This document shows, one piece after another, positions 9,688 through 19,475 of a DNA stretch of 59,937 bases. A program made the position numbers and the translations under genes. Under the pieces are notes generated by a model. That model was not told the origin of the DNA. It saw only the letters and a program-made list of their open reading frames with translations, and searched no databases. Source of the DNA: a virus (Duplodnaviria > Caudoviricetes). The stretch covers positions 1 through 59,937 of IMG/VR virus record IMGVR_UViG_3300009512_000015; one strand, 5' to 3'. Position 1 is the stretch's first letter, and each line of letters opens with the position of its first letter.

Positions 9688-10182
9688 TTAGTGGTTAAGG
9701 GTTTTGTGTATTTCAGACAAAGTGTGATTAGCGAGCTCAGTCACCCCAGGAACTTCTGTTATAAAAAGCTGACTTAATAGGTGTTCTATACTTACTGGCA
9801 CTTCCATGTTGGTACCTTGCCGAACAAGAGCTACTAAGTAGAGTGCTAATTTTTTATTTATGTCAATAGTTTCTTCAGATTCTGTTGCACTTGTTTCATC
9901 CAACGCGCCTCTTTCAGCAGACCATAAAAGTGACTCTTCTACACGAGCTTTTTTAGACTCTATTAAGGCTTGATCGGGGTGTATTGCAAAAGTATCTGAG
10001 CTAACCATCTCACAAAGAGCAATAACATCGTTAAATTCTAGTTGAGCTGTTTCAGCGTTTGTGAGCAAGTATTCAGGGTATCTGTGCGCGTCTGTAAACC
10101 TCAATGTTTTTGATATAGCTTGCGCAAATTCACCAAGCTCTTCCATTAATATTACTTTTAATAAATCATTTCTGTCTAACAT
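9688..10182 (-). CDS. MazG-like all-alpha NTP pyrophosphohydrolase
   Basis: EELGEFAQAISK...EFNDV matches the EExxE...ExxD metal-binding pattern. Confidence 0.7.
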   Translation of the reverse strand: MLDRNDLLKVILMEELGEFAQAISKTLRFTDAHRYPEYLLTNAETAQLEFNDVIALCEMVSSDTFAIHPDQALIESKKARVEESLLWSAERGALDETSATESEETIDINKKLALYLVALVRQGTNMEVPVSIEHLLSQLFITEVPGVTELANHTLSEIHKTLNH

Positions 10183-10194
10183 AGCATTTCCTTA

Positions 10195-12216
10195 TTAGTG
10201 AATTTCAAGCCAAGTTTTTCCTATCTTTGCGTCACCATCCATTATTTGTATACCAAATAACTTAGGCCCGTCAATAAAGGCTTGCTTGACAATTTCTGCT
10301 GTTCTTTTAGAATGTTCAATAGCTACTCTCATATTTTCTTCATCGTGATACATAATGCAAGGCGTATAAGGAATCCCTTCAGCCTCAAGCCTTTCCATAG
10401 TAAGCATTACAGCTGCTGCGCATGTTGCTTTCTCACAGGCTTGCAGTAAATAAACCAACAACTTGTGATAAGAATCTACATAAATTCTGTTACCGGCAAT
10501 TCCATAAATATAACCGTAACCAAATTTTTTAGTAGAAGAGAATATCTTTTCTTGACTTTCAACTAGTTCACCAAAGCCAGGTACAGCTTTTGTAAATAAG
10601 TTTTTTAGTTTATTACCTTTTTGTTTGTTATTAACACCAAAAATATAGCTCCAAAGCTTTCCACCGCTTGCGCCAAACAAAAAAGCATATAAAATACGCT
10701 TAGCCGCGTTTCTAGGAACTTCGTAATCTATACCCATCTTTTGAAGAGCGCTTGTTAGCGCGTTTGCGTTATAAGTGTGAATATCGCCATGCACAACTGT
10801 GTTTGTATACTCTTCATCACCTATATAAAACGCTAGAGCTCTTGCTTGATTTCCTGAAGAATCTCCACCAACTAGTAATTCTTTTTCAGTGCAAGTAAAA
10901 AGCTCTCGCATTTCAGTGCCATAAGGCTTTTCACTAGTAGGGACGTTTGCTATAATTTGATGTCTTGTACGCATAGAAGGTGTTCCTATTACAAAGGAAT
11001 CTCCATGTAAAACACCGTTGCGGTATTCTTTACACCAAGTTGTTAACACATTATGTCTTGAGGAAAAGCTTTTAAAATCACTATAAAGCGCGCCGTCTCC
11101 ACCAAGAAGCTCTAAATCATCATCTGCAATTTTTGGAGAAGTTTTAATTCGTTTTTTATTATCGTAAGGGTCGGGTTTGGTGTTCCACTCACTAGGCTCC
11201 CATCCGTTTCTGTAAAGAAAAATTTTAACATCAGAAGGCGATGTAAGCTTTAAAGGAACTATTTCAAGTCTTGAATAAGGGCCTGCAATTGGTTGACTTT
11301 CACCTAAATAACCTTCCCAAGGGTCTATGTTAAACCAGTTTGCAGTATGACTATCATAAGAACCTGCTTTGACCCAGCGGGGGAATTTAGGCTCTGCAAT
11401 AATTTCTTCACTATCCCACAACAAGTTACTAAGCTTCATAAGAGACTCTTGATCAGCGTACGGTGAATTACCTTCTTTAACCATTTCTACCCATTTGTTT
11501 ACAACACGATAGTTATCAGGCATTCTGTCTTTTATCTTAGCTTTTAAACCTAACACGGCTTCAAGTTTTTCTTGTATATTGTCTAATATCTTTTTTAAAT
11601 CATCTTTAAGTTTAAGAGCCTTTTCAATATCAAAAGGCCAGCCGTTAGCTTGAGCAATTGCTTGCCATCTTGCTACTGCTTGCTCTGACTTAAGATAAGT
11701 AATAAGATAAGGCGCACCGTGATCACTAGCTAGAATTATTTTTAATTCTTTTTCTAGTTCTCTATAAACTTTAACATTGAGACTAACATCACGTTCACAA
11801 TAAACATCCATTTCTTCAGAGTATTTTGAAAAGTCTTCAAAATCACCTTTAGAATAACCAAGAGCTTCACCCCAATTACCTAGTCCATGTCCTTTATGTG
11901 AGCCAAATCGCATGTAGTCTAAGACAATTGACATAACAAAGGTATCACGGACTTTTACATTGGTAGGAAGCCTAAAATTATATAATTTTTCTAATAACGG
12001 CAGATCATAACCACAAATGTTATGACCGATAACAAGCGATGCGGAAGACAGTTTATCTATCCAACCGCTATCGCCTTGACACGCTATATACCGGCATTTT
12101 TCGCCAGTGTCAATATCTTCTGTGCGCAATACAAACATTGTAGTAGCGTCACGCAAGAGGTTATCAGCCTCTATATCAAAAACAAGCTTTTGACCTTTTG
12201 GTTGAATATTTAACAT
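10195..12216 (-). CDS. polA: Family A DNA polymerase (T7 gp5-like) with 3'-5' exonuclease
   Basis: ExoI FDIEAD, ExoII GHNICGYD, ExoIII YCERDV; motif A GGDSSGNQARAL, motif B RNAAKRILYAFLFG, motif C YHDE. Confidence 0.95.
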   Translation of the reverse strand: MLNIQPKGQKLVFDIEADNLLRDATTMFVLRTEDIDTGEKCRYIACQGDSGWIDKLSSASLVIGHNICGYDLPLLEKLYNFRLPTNVKVRDTFVMSIVLDYMRFGSHKGHGLGNWGEALGYSKGDFEDFSKYSEEMDVYCERDVSLNVKVYRELEKELKIILASDHGAPYLITYLKSEQAVARWQAIAQANGWPFDIEKALKLKDDLKKILDNIQEKLEAVLGLKAKIKDRMPDNYRVVNKWVEMVKEGNSPYADQESLMKLSNLLWDSEEIIAEPKFPRWVKAGSYDSHTANWFNIDPWEGYLGESQPIAGPYSRLEIVPLKLTSPSDVKIFLYRNGWEPSEWNTKPDPYDNKKRIKTSPKIADDDLELLGGDGALYSDFKSFSSRHNVLTTWCKEYRNGVLHGDSFVIGTPSMRTRHQIIANVPTSEKPYGTEMRELFTCTEKELLVGGDSSGNQARALAFYIGDEEYTNTVVHGDIHTYNANALTSALQKMGIDYEVPRNAAKRILYAFLFGASGGKLWSYIFGVNNKQKGNKLKNLFTKAVPGFGELVESQEKIFSSTKKFGYGYIYGIAGNRIYVDSYHKLLVYLLQACEKATCAAAVMLTMERLEAEGIPYTPCIMYHDEENMRVAIEHSKRTAEIVKQAFIDGPKLFGIQIMDGDAKIGKTWLEIH

Positions 12217-12821
12217 TATTTATTTATTAACTCCTCTACCTCTTTTACTGTTGTCATTTTACGATTATTAGTTAAGTAAGCTATCCAAAATTTTAAATAC
12301 CATAAACTCTTTTTAAGCTCTTGTATTTCAGCATCTTTTCCACCTCGTCTGTCAATATATTTTCTTGTCATCATTTCTAAACCACCTTCAAAACGCTCTG
12401 GTGACATTATTCCGCTTTGTGTTTCTAGCCATTGTAATGATATTTTTAAAGCTTCAGAAACAAAATGTCCTTGATAGTGAGAGGGGTTTATATGATCGCC
12501 TGCTTTAAAGCTATTCTTTGGGCTAGCGGTAACGCTTCTTTTAAAAGCCCAGCTAACTTCTTTTCTTGGCTTTTCAGGGTCTTTCCATGCGAATGCCATT
12601 GCTTTTCCATCAAGCCAACCATAATAGTCATCTTCTCCACAAGGAGATAAGAACAGTTTTTTAAAATTAATTGTTTCACTGCCTTCTACCCACTTTTCGT
12701 CTAGCCAGTTAGATTCATAAATATTAACTTTTGCGTCTTTTTCTTTAAAGTGCTCTTCAATTAAAGGGTCAAGCGGTTGAAATAAACCCGCTTGTCCGTT
12801 AATTAGTGACACAAGGTTCAC
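12216..12821 (-). CDS. DUF3310 (SaV-like/T7 gp1.7-like nucleotide kinase) domain protein
   Basis: DHINPSHY...KYIDRRGGK...ELKKSLWYL in the C-terminal half. Confidence 0.75.
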   Translation of the reverse strand: MNLVSLINGQAGLFQPLDPLIEEHFKEKDAKVNIYESNWLDEKWVEGSETINFKKLFLSPCGEDDYYGWLDGKAMAFAWKDPEKPRKEVSWAFKRSVTASPKNSFKAGDHINPSHYQGHFVSEALKISLQWLETQSGIMSPERFEGGLEMMTRKYIDRRGGKDAEIQELKKSLWYLKFWIAYLTNNRKMTTVKEVEELINK

Positions 12822-13501
12822 TAGTAATCCTCTATATCAGGAGCACTAGGAACTGCTTTATTTAAAGCTTCATTAGAATGCGTGTAATCGTCTTTTTCTA
12901 TATCAGAAACAACTTCAACGTTTTCTTTAATTACTTTAAAAGGTATTTCACTGTCTTCAGTTGCTACAGCCTCCTTTTTAATACTATGATCTTCTTCAAA
13001 ATTATCTGGATAGACTGTATCTTGCATCGCAGCTTTTACAAAACCACTGCTTTGCTTATAATAAACAAGCTTTACAATTTGAACACCCATTAACACACAA
13101 GCAATTTTATTATCACCATATGTGTATTGAAAAATATCAAGATTAGCAAGTGTCCCATTACCGATTATTGTGGGGTCTACCGGCTCCATATCGCCGTCAA
13201 CAAGTTCAGGAGGTGCTGCAGGGCCGCCGCCAAGCTTTAGCGCTTTTGTTGAACTTTTTTTAAAAGTATATCGCCATTGTTTACGACCTTGTTCGTCAGT
13301 TATTGGCTCACCTTCACTTTCACCAGAATTGTGCGTCATTAACCTCATTTTAATTCCGAGGTCTTTTAACTCAGTGACTCGTTCAAAATCAGAAGTTCTC
13401 ATTTGAACTTCCCACTTAGGGTTTTCTTTATCCCATTTAGCGTTAGGACGCGCTGGATCTAAAGTTGCAAAATAAATTTCAGCATTTTCAATTAACGGCA
13501 T
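12821..13501 (-). CDS. ssb: single-stranded DNA-binding protein (T7 gp2.5-like)
   Basis: IGNGT...L-x-GVQIVKLV-x-Y pattern, acidic C-terminal tail ending in an aromatic residue, located next to polA. Confidence 0.75.
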   Translation of the reverse strand: MPLIENAEIYFATLDPARPNAKWDKENPKWEVQMRTSDFERVTELKDLGIKMRLMTHNSGESEGEPITDEQGRKQWRYTFKKSSTKALKLGGGPAAPPELVDGDMEPVDPTIIGNGTLANLDIFQYTYGDNKIACVLMGVQIVKLVYYKQSSGFVKAAMQDTVYPDNFEEDHSIKKEAVATEDSEIPFKVIKENVEVVSDIEKDDYTHSNEALNKAVPSAPDIEDY

Positions 13502-13562
13502 TTTTTACTCCAAATTAAATTTAATAATATTTACGTTTAAACTCCCTTAAAAGGGTTAAATT

Positions 13563-13641
13563 AACGAGCAATTGTTTGTAAAAGTCTAGTAACCATAGCT
13601 TAATTTATGTTAAGCTGTATTTTAACTAAAAGTTGCTCGTT
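13563..13641. repeat. long imperfect intergenic inverted repeat
   Basis: AACGAGCAA (13563-13571) and TTGCTCGTT (13633-13641) enclose AGCTTAA (13597-13603) and TTAAGCT (13610-13616). Confidence 0.7.
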
Positions 13642-13658
13642 TGTTAATTTTAAAAATC

Positions 13659-14405
13659 TTAATCGTCTGATCGCGTTCTTAATTTGTTATCTTCCTCTTT
13701 TAAATTAGCAAGGCTTTCTTTCTCCCTTGTTAAAGAGTCTTTTAAGGTACTTATTTCTTTTTCTGCAATCATTTTTTGTTTTACTAATTCAAGGAGTTCA
13801 CGGCTACCGGTAACTTCCTGACCAAGGCCGTTTTCGTTTGCATATTCAGCTATTTCTGCAATGCTCGGGTTATACTCAGGTTCTGTTAACGTTTCTTTTT
13901 TATTATTAGTTGTTTCGAATTCCGCGTTTTTGTATTTCATAGGTACAGCTTCCAAGTTAGTTATATTAAAAGAATCCTTTACATGATTATTTATTAAGTG
14001 TGTAGGTATAAAATAAGAAGGGCCTCCGGCGTCATTAGTAATATCACAAAACAAAATACCACAGTTTCCAAGCTTTTCAGCAACGTCAAAACAAAAAGAA
14101 TTTGTAGCAAGGTGGCCTGTAGCTTCGTCGGGTAAGGGATAAGGGCTCCCTATCTGATTTAAATCTTCTTTACTTTCTACAATGTAAAGCAAACCTCCAA
14201 AATAATAGTTAAAACTAGTGTTAACATCTATTACTTCGTTTACACCATGCTCTAAACTAGAAAGAAACTCTTCTGAAGTAATGTTTGGGCCTTCTAGTAG
14301 CCGCTCTTGTAACCAAGCTTTTATTGCAACAAGTGAAGAAATAAACGGCTCAACAGAAGTAGCCTCTAACTGTTTGATTTTTAAAAAACTTTCAATGGTT
14401 TGCAT
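13659..14405 (-). CDS. hypothetical protein with C-terminal coiled coil
   Basis: 248-aa ORF with AGGA RBS, directly after the RNAP gene. Confidence 0.7.
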   Translation of the reverse strand: MQTIESFLKIKQLEATSVEPFISSLVAIKAWLQERLLEGPNITSEEFLSSLEHGVNEVIDVNTSFNYYFGGLLYIVESKEDLNQIGSPYPLPDEATGHLATNSFCFDVAEKLGNCGILFCDITNDAGGPSYFIPTHLINNHVKDSFNITNLEAVPMKYKNAEFETTNNKKETLTEPEYNPSIAEIAEYANENGLGQEVTGSRELLELVKQKMIAEKEISTLKDSLTREKESLANLKEEDNKLRTRSDD

Positions 14406-14414
14406 TTATTGTTC

Positions 14415-16673
14415 CTAAGAAAAGCAGTACTCAGATTCAAGTACCAGATTTATGTCAAGAGTGCCAAACTCAACTTGAGAAATATCAGCACCAATATGTT
14501 TAAAGAGTGTTGTTATAGGGTTTACGTTATAAAGTTCAACAAAAGTTTCTCTAGTGTTTTTAAACAATTCAGGCATGTCGCAAAGAAGTGTACCAAAAGA
14601 ATCATGGACTGTTGTAACAGCGCATTCAGATCTACAAACAATTAAAACAAGGTGTGCTGCATCTAAACTGTGAGTTACATTTGGCGCAGCTCCTTGCGAC
14701 TGCTTTCCTTTAGATGGCTTAACATCCTCAAAAAAGCAAATTAATAGTTGTAAAGCATTATCATAATAACCTGTAGACTTTAACTCACCTTCTTTAGGCC
14801 CGTATTGTACCCATATTTTTTTAACTTTACCTTCAGTATAATGTTGCACTACTGGAAAGTTTGTTATCGGGACTGGCCAGTTAAGAAAAAGACCATTGTT
14901 TTCAGCTGTCTTTCCTGCTTTTTCAAACAAAGTTAAAAGCTGAGAAGGTCGCCTTAAAGCATTTCGACATTCTTCATAAACACAACGACCCATATATGCA
15001 CCCCATTTATGCTCCATATAGAACAACAAGTTTATTTTATGCTTTCGAGCGTCGTCTATTTGTTGCTGACCTAGTCCAAAAGGCGTTCCACCGTAAGGCA
15101 AGGTCATTACATTTCTTTTTACTATTTTTCTTTGACTTTTATTATCAACAATTCTTGCCCAAAAGACAGGAGCTTTAAACGCTTCAAGTTCGGCTAAGTC
15201 TTCTCTAACACAACGAAGTAGTTGAAGCAGCTCATCTTTAATAACACCTGGCTCTTGCGCTTGTATTTGTTTCCTTAAATCAATTGTTGCATCAATCCAT
15301 TCTTCTAACGCAATTCTTTCTTCAGGGCTTAGACTTGCTATGTCTTCGTTAATATTTGACCATACACGTTTTGCAATAAAACCGTAAAGATCTCCAGGCA
15401 TTACGCTAGGCGTTAGATTGACATGAGGTGCTGTTATTTCATCTCTTGTTAAAGCAGCTAAGTGCTGAGAACCGTTATTAGTACCATCAATATATGCTTC
15501 TAAATGTGAAACATAGCCGTAGTTTTGAAACGGATCTCCTTTAGCGTTTACATGCTTTTCCATTTGAAGTTGCCACATTCTTAGCTTATAAAGCTCTAAG
15601 CAAGCTGCAATAAATTGCCAAGGTTTGTCTGCACGCATCCAACCAATAGACTCTTTTGGGTTTGCCGCATACTCTAAAAAAGTATCTTCATTAGCTAACG
15701 CCCATTCAAATCTTTCTAACAAAGGAATTTTGTCAGACTTTGCTCCTTCAGGGTGGCCGCACTCTCCGCCCCAGTTTGAAGCAATTGAAATAAGAAGCCA
15801 TTTAAAACCTTCAGAACCGATAGGTTTTGCATCAGAACGTAATAACATGCCTTTTGCAATATCAGAACCTTGCTCATGGAGATAAGCGGTTGCTGCGTAT
15901 TTTCGGCCTCTAAAATCATAATAATATAGATGATAAAAAGTGTCATTAAGGAACTTTGTTGCAATACTTAAAATTGCTTTAGCTTCTCTTCCTTTTGTAG
16001 CCCTTGCTTCTCTTGAATGCGCATTCCAAATATCTTGAAACGCTTCTTGCTTTGTTTTTAAAGCCCATTGCTCTAGTGAATAAACGCGCTTGTTTACACG
16101 CCACCCTACTTTTTGAGCGCGATTGACGCATTCAAAAACTAAAGGATGCGTTTCAGCAGTAAGGCTTTCTAACACCATTTTATTTTTAGTTTTTACAAGG
16201 CTTGTGCCATTTGCATGTTCACTGCTTACCCAATCAGGGTATGGCGTTTTTGATGGAAGCTTTTCAATAGATGTTGCAGGGAGGCTTTGCCAAAGCTCAA
16301 CCAGAACATCATCTTTTATTAACCTGACAATATAAGCATTATGCCCGTTCCTCCCTTGACCTAAAATGACTTCTAAAATACCTAGTTTATCAAATGAATA
16401 TAAATAAAATGCACCGATTTTAGCGGCAAGTGCCGAGTTAACAGGTAGATTCCATCTTGAAATCATTGTATGCCCTAGCGCTGAAATAAGCTCAGCAAGA
16501 TATATTGTGTTTTTGTTATAGCCCTTTTTAGGCCTTGTGTATAAGTACATTATACTAATAAGAACATCTATGTATGCTGCGACTGGATAGCGTTTTATTA
16601 CGCTAACTGGGTTTTGTGGAGCCAGCTCAGTTGACATTCGTTGGTTAAGCGACTTAATAAGAGTAGCTCTCAT
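14415..16673 (-). CDS. T7-type single-subunit DNA-directed RNA polymerase (stand-alone)
   Basis: YDFRGRKY, motif A IDGTNNGSQHL, motif B RKIVKRNVMTLPYG, APNVTHSLDAAHL, motif C VHDSFG, C-terminal YCFS (T7 ends in FAFA). Confidence 0.96.
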   Translation of the reverse strand: MRATLIKSLNQRMSTELAPQNPVSVIKRYPVAAYIDVLISIMYLYTRPKKGYNKNTIYLAELISALGHTMISRWNLPVNSALAAKIGAFYLYSFDKLGILEVILGQGRNGHNAYIVRLIKDDVLVELWQSLPATSIEKLPSKTPYPDWVSSEHANGTSLVKTKNKMVLESLTAETHPLVFECVNRAQKVGWRVNKRVYSLEQWALKTKQEAFQDIWNAHSREARATKGREAKAILSIATKFLNDTFYHLYYYDFRGRKYAATAYLHEQGSDIAKGMLLRSDAKPIGSEGFKWLLISIASNWGGECGHPEGAKSDKIPLLERFEWALANEDTFLEYAANPKESIGWMRADKPWQFIAACLELYKLRMWQLQMEKHVNAKGDPFQNYGYVSHLEAYIDGTNNGSQHLAALTRDEITAPHVNLTPSVMPGDLYGFIAKRVWSNINEDIASLSPEERIALEEWIDATIDLRKQIQAQEPGVIKDELLQLLRCVREDLAELEAFKAPVFWARIVDNKSQRKIVKRNVMTLPYGGTPFGLGQQQIDDARKHKINLLFYMEHKWGAYMGRCVYEECRNALRRPSQLLTLFEKAGKTAENNGLFLNWPVPITNFPVVQHYTEGKVKKIWVQYGPKEGELKSTGYYDNALQLLICFFEDVKPSKGKQSQGAAPNVTHSLDAAHLVLIVCRSECAVTTVHDSFGTLLCDMPELFKNTRETFVELYNVNPITTLFKHIGADISQVEFGTLDINLVLESEYCFS

Positions 16674-16681
16674 TTAGATCC

Positions 16682-16846
16682 TCATAAGGTTATAATTAAA
16701 ATAACTATTTGTATTAATAAGATAAACATTCCAACTGTAAGAATGGGGACAATAATAAAACTAAATAAAATATAAAGTGAGTCTTCCATAACACATATTA
16801 GTTCTTCATAAACATTTTCCCAAATATCTTTAAGCCATCTCTTCAT
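16682..16846 (-). CDS. 54-aa membrane protein
   Basis: Manual translation MKRWLKDIWENVYEELICVMEDSLYILFSFIIVPILTVGMFILLIQIVILIITL*; GAGGGG RBS. Confidence 0.55.
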   Translation of the reverse strand: MKRWLKDIWENVYEELICVMEDSLYILFSFIIVPILTVGMFILLIQIVILIITL

Positions 16847-16904
16847 TAAACCCCTCGCTTGTAAAAAGCTAAGAGGAAAAAAAAAATAGTTTAAAGTAAA
16901 TTGC

Positions 16905-16932
16905 GCCTCCTTTCCCCGAAGGGAAAGAAGAC
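16905..16932 (-). terminator. cUUCGg-capped hairpin
   Basis: Minus strand GTCTTCTTTCCC-TTCG-GGGAAAGGAGGC, with a T10 run about 20 nt downstream. Confidence 0.65.
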
Positions 16933-16944
16933 AATAGTTGTTGC

Positions 16945-17175
16945 TTAGCTTTGTTTTAGTTTAGATTGGATTCTTTCCAATGCTTTGTTTACCGAATCAA
17001 TTTCAACGCTTATACGTTGAGTTTCATCGTTAATCTTTTTACAGTTGTTTCGGTGATCTCTTAAAAGCTGCCTTCGCTCATAAACGCTTTTAATTGCAAC
17101 TCCTGTTAAAAGACCACCTTTGTTAAACTGTCTCCAAAAGCCTTCAGAAGACTTTTTGCCTGTCTTTTTAGGCAT
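16945..17175 (-). CDS. hypothetical basic coiled-coil protein
   Basis: ORF track; operon packing. Confidence 0.55.
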   Translation of the reverse strand: MPKKTGKKSSEGFWRQFNKGGLLTGVAIKSVYERRQLLRDHRNNCKKINDETQRISVEIDSVNKALERIQSKLKQS

Positions 17176-17180
17176 AAGTT

Positions 17181-17552
17181 TTAATCAAAATGACTAACAC
17201 ACGTATAGCGTGTTTTGTCACAACCACCAGGTGAATTAAAAAGCTTTTCACCATTTCTGACAAAGTAGCTTTCGTTTTGTGTGTTGCTTGGCGTTGTTAT
17301 TGTAGCACAAGCGCCTGTTCCATAGGTTGTACGATTCCCTTGACGGTTAGACGGACAAACCATTTTCTTTCTTGAAACTTTAACAACAGTAGTACAAGGC
17401 TTGTTACTGCCGTATATTGCTGCATTGCTACAAGTAACAGTTCCAACTTCTTGTGCAAAAGCTGTGTTTGTAACAAACAAGGCACAAACAACACATATAA
17501 AAGCTACTAGTGGATTTTTATTTTTAATATTTAAATTTTTTGAAATTTTCAT
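17181..17552 (-). CDS. putative exported Cys-rich protein
   Basis: Basic N-terminus, hydrophobic core, AFA-Q signal-peptidase-like site, six Cys in the mature part. Confidence 0.6.
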   Translation of the reverse strand: MKISKNLNIKNKNPLVAFICVVCALFVTNTAFAQEVGTVTCSNAAIYGSNKPCTTVVKVSRKKMVCPSNRQGNRTTYGTGACATITTPSNTQNESYFVRNGEKLFNSPGGCDKTRYTCVSHFD

Positions 17553-18001
17553 GTAATACGCTCCTCAATATTAATATCACAATGCCAAAGGCGTTCAGCA
17601 TCAGCTTTTATGTCTTCAATTTTTTGCCAACGATTTTTCATTCTATTAAGTACAGCTTCTGGGACATTATGCAAGCTACCAAAGTTTCCGGTAGCTTCTA
17701 TAATCTCAATTTCAGGGATATTAAGGTTTGAAACCATAGCAAAATAAGGCTTCATTTCCCAAAAAGCTGCAAACGTGTTTGAAACAATAACTGACTTTCC
17801 ATTTGATAGCGCTATACCACACATTGTTCTACACCACTGATGTGCGTGCCCTATAAGTTTTTTATCAAAATTATAACAACCCTCTGAATTTAGAAAATAC
17901 ATATCTGCTTCAAATCGCTCTGTGTTGCTGCCTCCAAGAGCACGACTCAAAGTAGACTTTCCAGAACCCGGAAGACCTCTTATTAAAGTTAACTTAAGCA
18001 T
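17549..18001 (-). CDS. P-loop kinase (AAA_33/polynucleotide-kinase-like)
   Basis: IRGLPGSGKST, EADMYF, AHQWC, VIVSNTF, HNVP. Confidence 0.85.
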   Translation of the reverse strand: MLKLTLIRGLPGSGKSTLSRALGGSNTERFEADMYFLNSEGCYNFDKKLIGHAHQWCRTMCGIALSNGKSVIVSNTFAAFWEMKPYFAMVSNLNIPEIEIIEATGNFGSLHNVPEAVLNRMKNRWQKIEDIKADAERLWHCDINIEERIT

Positions 18002-18040
18002 AATAATTCCTTTTACTACAACATTATAATAAAAGGTTTA

Positions 18041-18562
18041 TTAGCTGTTAGTTTTATAGAGATTATTATAAAAAGTCAAATGGTCGTATGAACTATAAAT
18101 CATTTTATCGAGCTTAGTTACATTTAATTTTAAGCAAGCTTCATAAGTTGAAGTGTTTTCTTTTTTAAAAAATTCACTTTCACAATGAGCTATGATACGG
18201 CGTAAAGACTCTTTATATTGAGATTTTACAATTGTTCCAAACCCTGTTTCCATTAAAGTGTCAAGCTCTTTTTCTTCTTTCTCTAACTGAGTTACTAGCT
18301 TGTTTGCGTTTCTTTTATTAACAAACTCTTCTAGATGATTAACACCAGCTGTTTTAACGTACTTAATATTTGTTAAAACTGAATTGCTTTTGCTGGCTGC
18401 TGTTGATTTTACATCCTCTGCAGTACCCATTGCTTGATCTAAATATGTCTGAAAAGACACGCCATCGAGATCAAATGTTTGCGGCGCTTTACTACAACCG
18501 CTTGAAACACCGGCAAGTACTATTACAAATGAAACACTTATTACTTTTAAAATCATGCGCAT
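18041..18562 (-). CDS. putative lipoprotein
   Basis: Basic N-terminus, hydrophobic stretch, lipobox-like SSG-C (Cys23). Confidence 0.55.
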   Translation of the reverse strand: MRMILKVISVSFVIVLAGVSSGCSKAPQTFDLDGVSFQTYLDQAMGTAEDVKSTAASKSNSVLTNIKYVKTAGVNHLEEFVNKRNANKLVTQLEKEEKELDTLMETGFGTIVKSQYKESLRRIIAHCESEFFKKENTSTYEACLKLNVTKLDKMIYSSYDHLTFYNNLYKTNS

Positions 18563-18613
18563 GATTTCTTCCTTTTCTCATTTAATATTCTGCGAAACCG
18601 TCACAGTAACGGG

Positions 18614-18790
18614 TTACTTTTTAGTTAAATTTTTAAGATCTAACTGCTTTGAATTAACTTCTTGTTTTGAAATAACTCTAGCTTTTAAGGCTTTTTTATC
18701 TTTTAATTTTTTATTTTCTTTTTTAAAACGTTTACGATTCTTTCCTCTTTTTGAGCTTTTCCAGCATCCGCCTGTTTCATCGGGGGGCAT
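18614..18790 (-). CDS. 58-aa very basic protein
   Basis: Manual translation MPPDETGGCWKSSKRGKNRKRFKKENKKLKDKKALKARVISKQEVNSKQLDLKNLTKK*; fills an otherwise empty gap. Confidence 0.5.
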   Translation of the reverse strand: MPPDETGGCWKSSKRGKNRKRFKKENKKLKDKKALKARVISKQEVNSKQLDLKNLTKK

Positions 18791-19052
18791 TGTTTAGACC
18801 CAAGCTGCTAAACTCTTCTAACACTTCTAATAAAATAAACAAAGAAAACACACCAAGGCCAATAAAAATATAAGTATTAAACGACCAATTGGCAATTGAA
18901 GCTGTAAGTACTTTGGCGATTATTGCACAAGCAGCAACCACAAAAGGCATAATCAAAAGTCTCATTAAGAGATAATGATAAACAGATTGACGCGTTCGTC
19001 TAAATCTTGCAAAAAACTTTGAGCTATTGTTTTTACTGTTTACAAGTTTCAT
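18777..19052 (-). CDS. two-TM membrane protein
   Basis: Two hydrophobic segments; GGGGT RBS. Confidence 0.6.
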   Translation of the reverse strand: MKLVNSKNNSSKFFARFRRTRQSVYHYLLMRLLIMPFVVAACAIIAKVLTASIANWSFNTYIFIGLGVFSLFILLEVLEEFSSLGLNNAPR

Positions 19053-19087
19053 TTTTAATACCCCGTTAGTTACTGTTATTTTCTATA

Positions 19088-19282
19088 TCATATAAGATAC
19101 TGCTTTTTCCGTGTTTGTTTTTTAATAGTTACTATACTATAGACGTCTCTATTGATCTTGCAAGCGTTAATTGCTTTTTTATTTGAATGTGCAAGTGTCC
19201 AAAATGTCTTGATAAAGAGATCATCTGGGCCTGATACGTATTGTACACCATACCAAGAGCTTTTCTCTATAGATTCAAGCAT
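19088..19282 (-). CDS. hypothetical protein
   Basis: ORF track; overlaps the upstream stop. Confidence 0.55.
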   Translation of the reverse strand: MLESIEKSSWYGVQYVSGPDDLFIKTFWTLAHSNKKAINACKINRDVYSIVTIKKQTRKKQYLI

Positions 19283-19460
19283 ATAAACCTGTAATTCTTT
19301 TAGTTATAACTTTTGAATTACAAGGGTCACAGCATTGTCCTCTCGCTATTGGCTCTGCATTGTTTCCTTTTATCCAGAGACCGATTGCATTTTCTTTAAT
19401 ACTCTGCTTGCAAATAACACAAGTATCGTCGGCACTAGTGCTTTCTATTAACGGCTTCAT
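19275..19460 (-). CDS. small Zn-finger-like protein
   Basis: CVIC...CCDPCN; AAGGTCTAT leader. Confidence 0.65.
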   Translation of the reverse strand: MKPLIESTSADDTCVICKQSIKENAIGLWIKGNNAEPIARGQCCDPCNSKVITKRITGLYA

Positions 19461-19475
19461 TTTTATAGACCTTTT

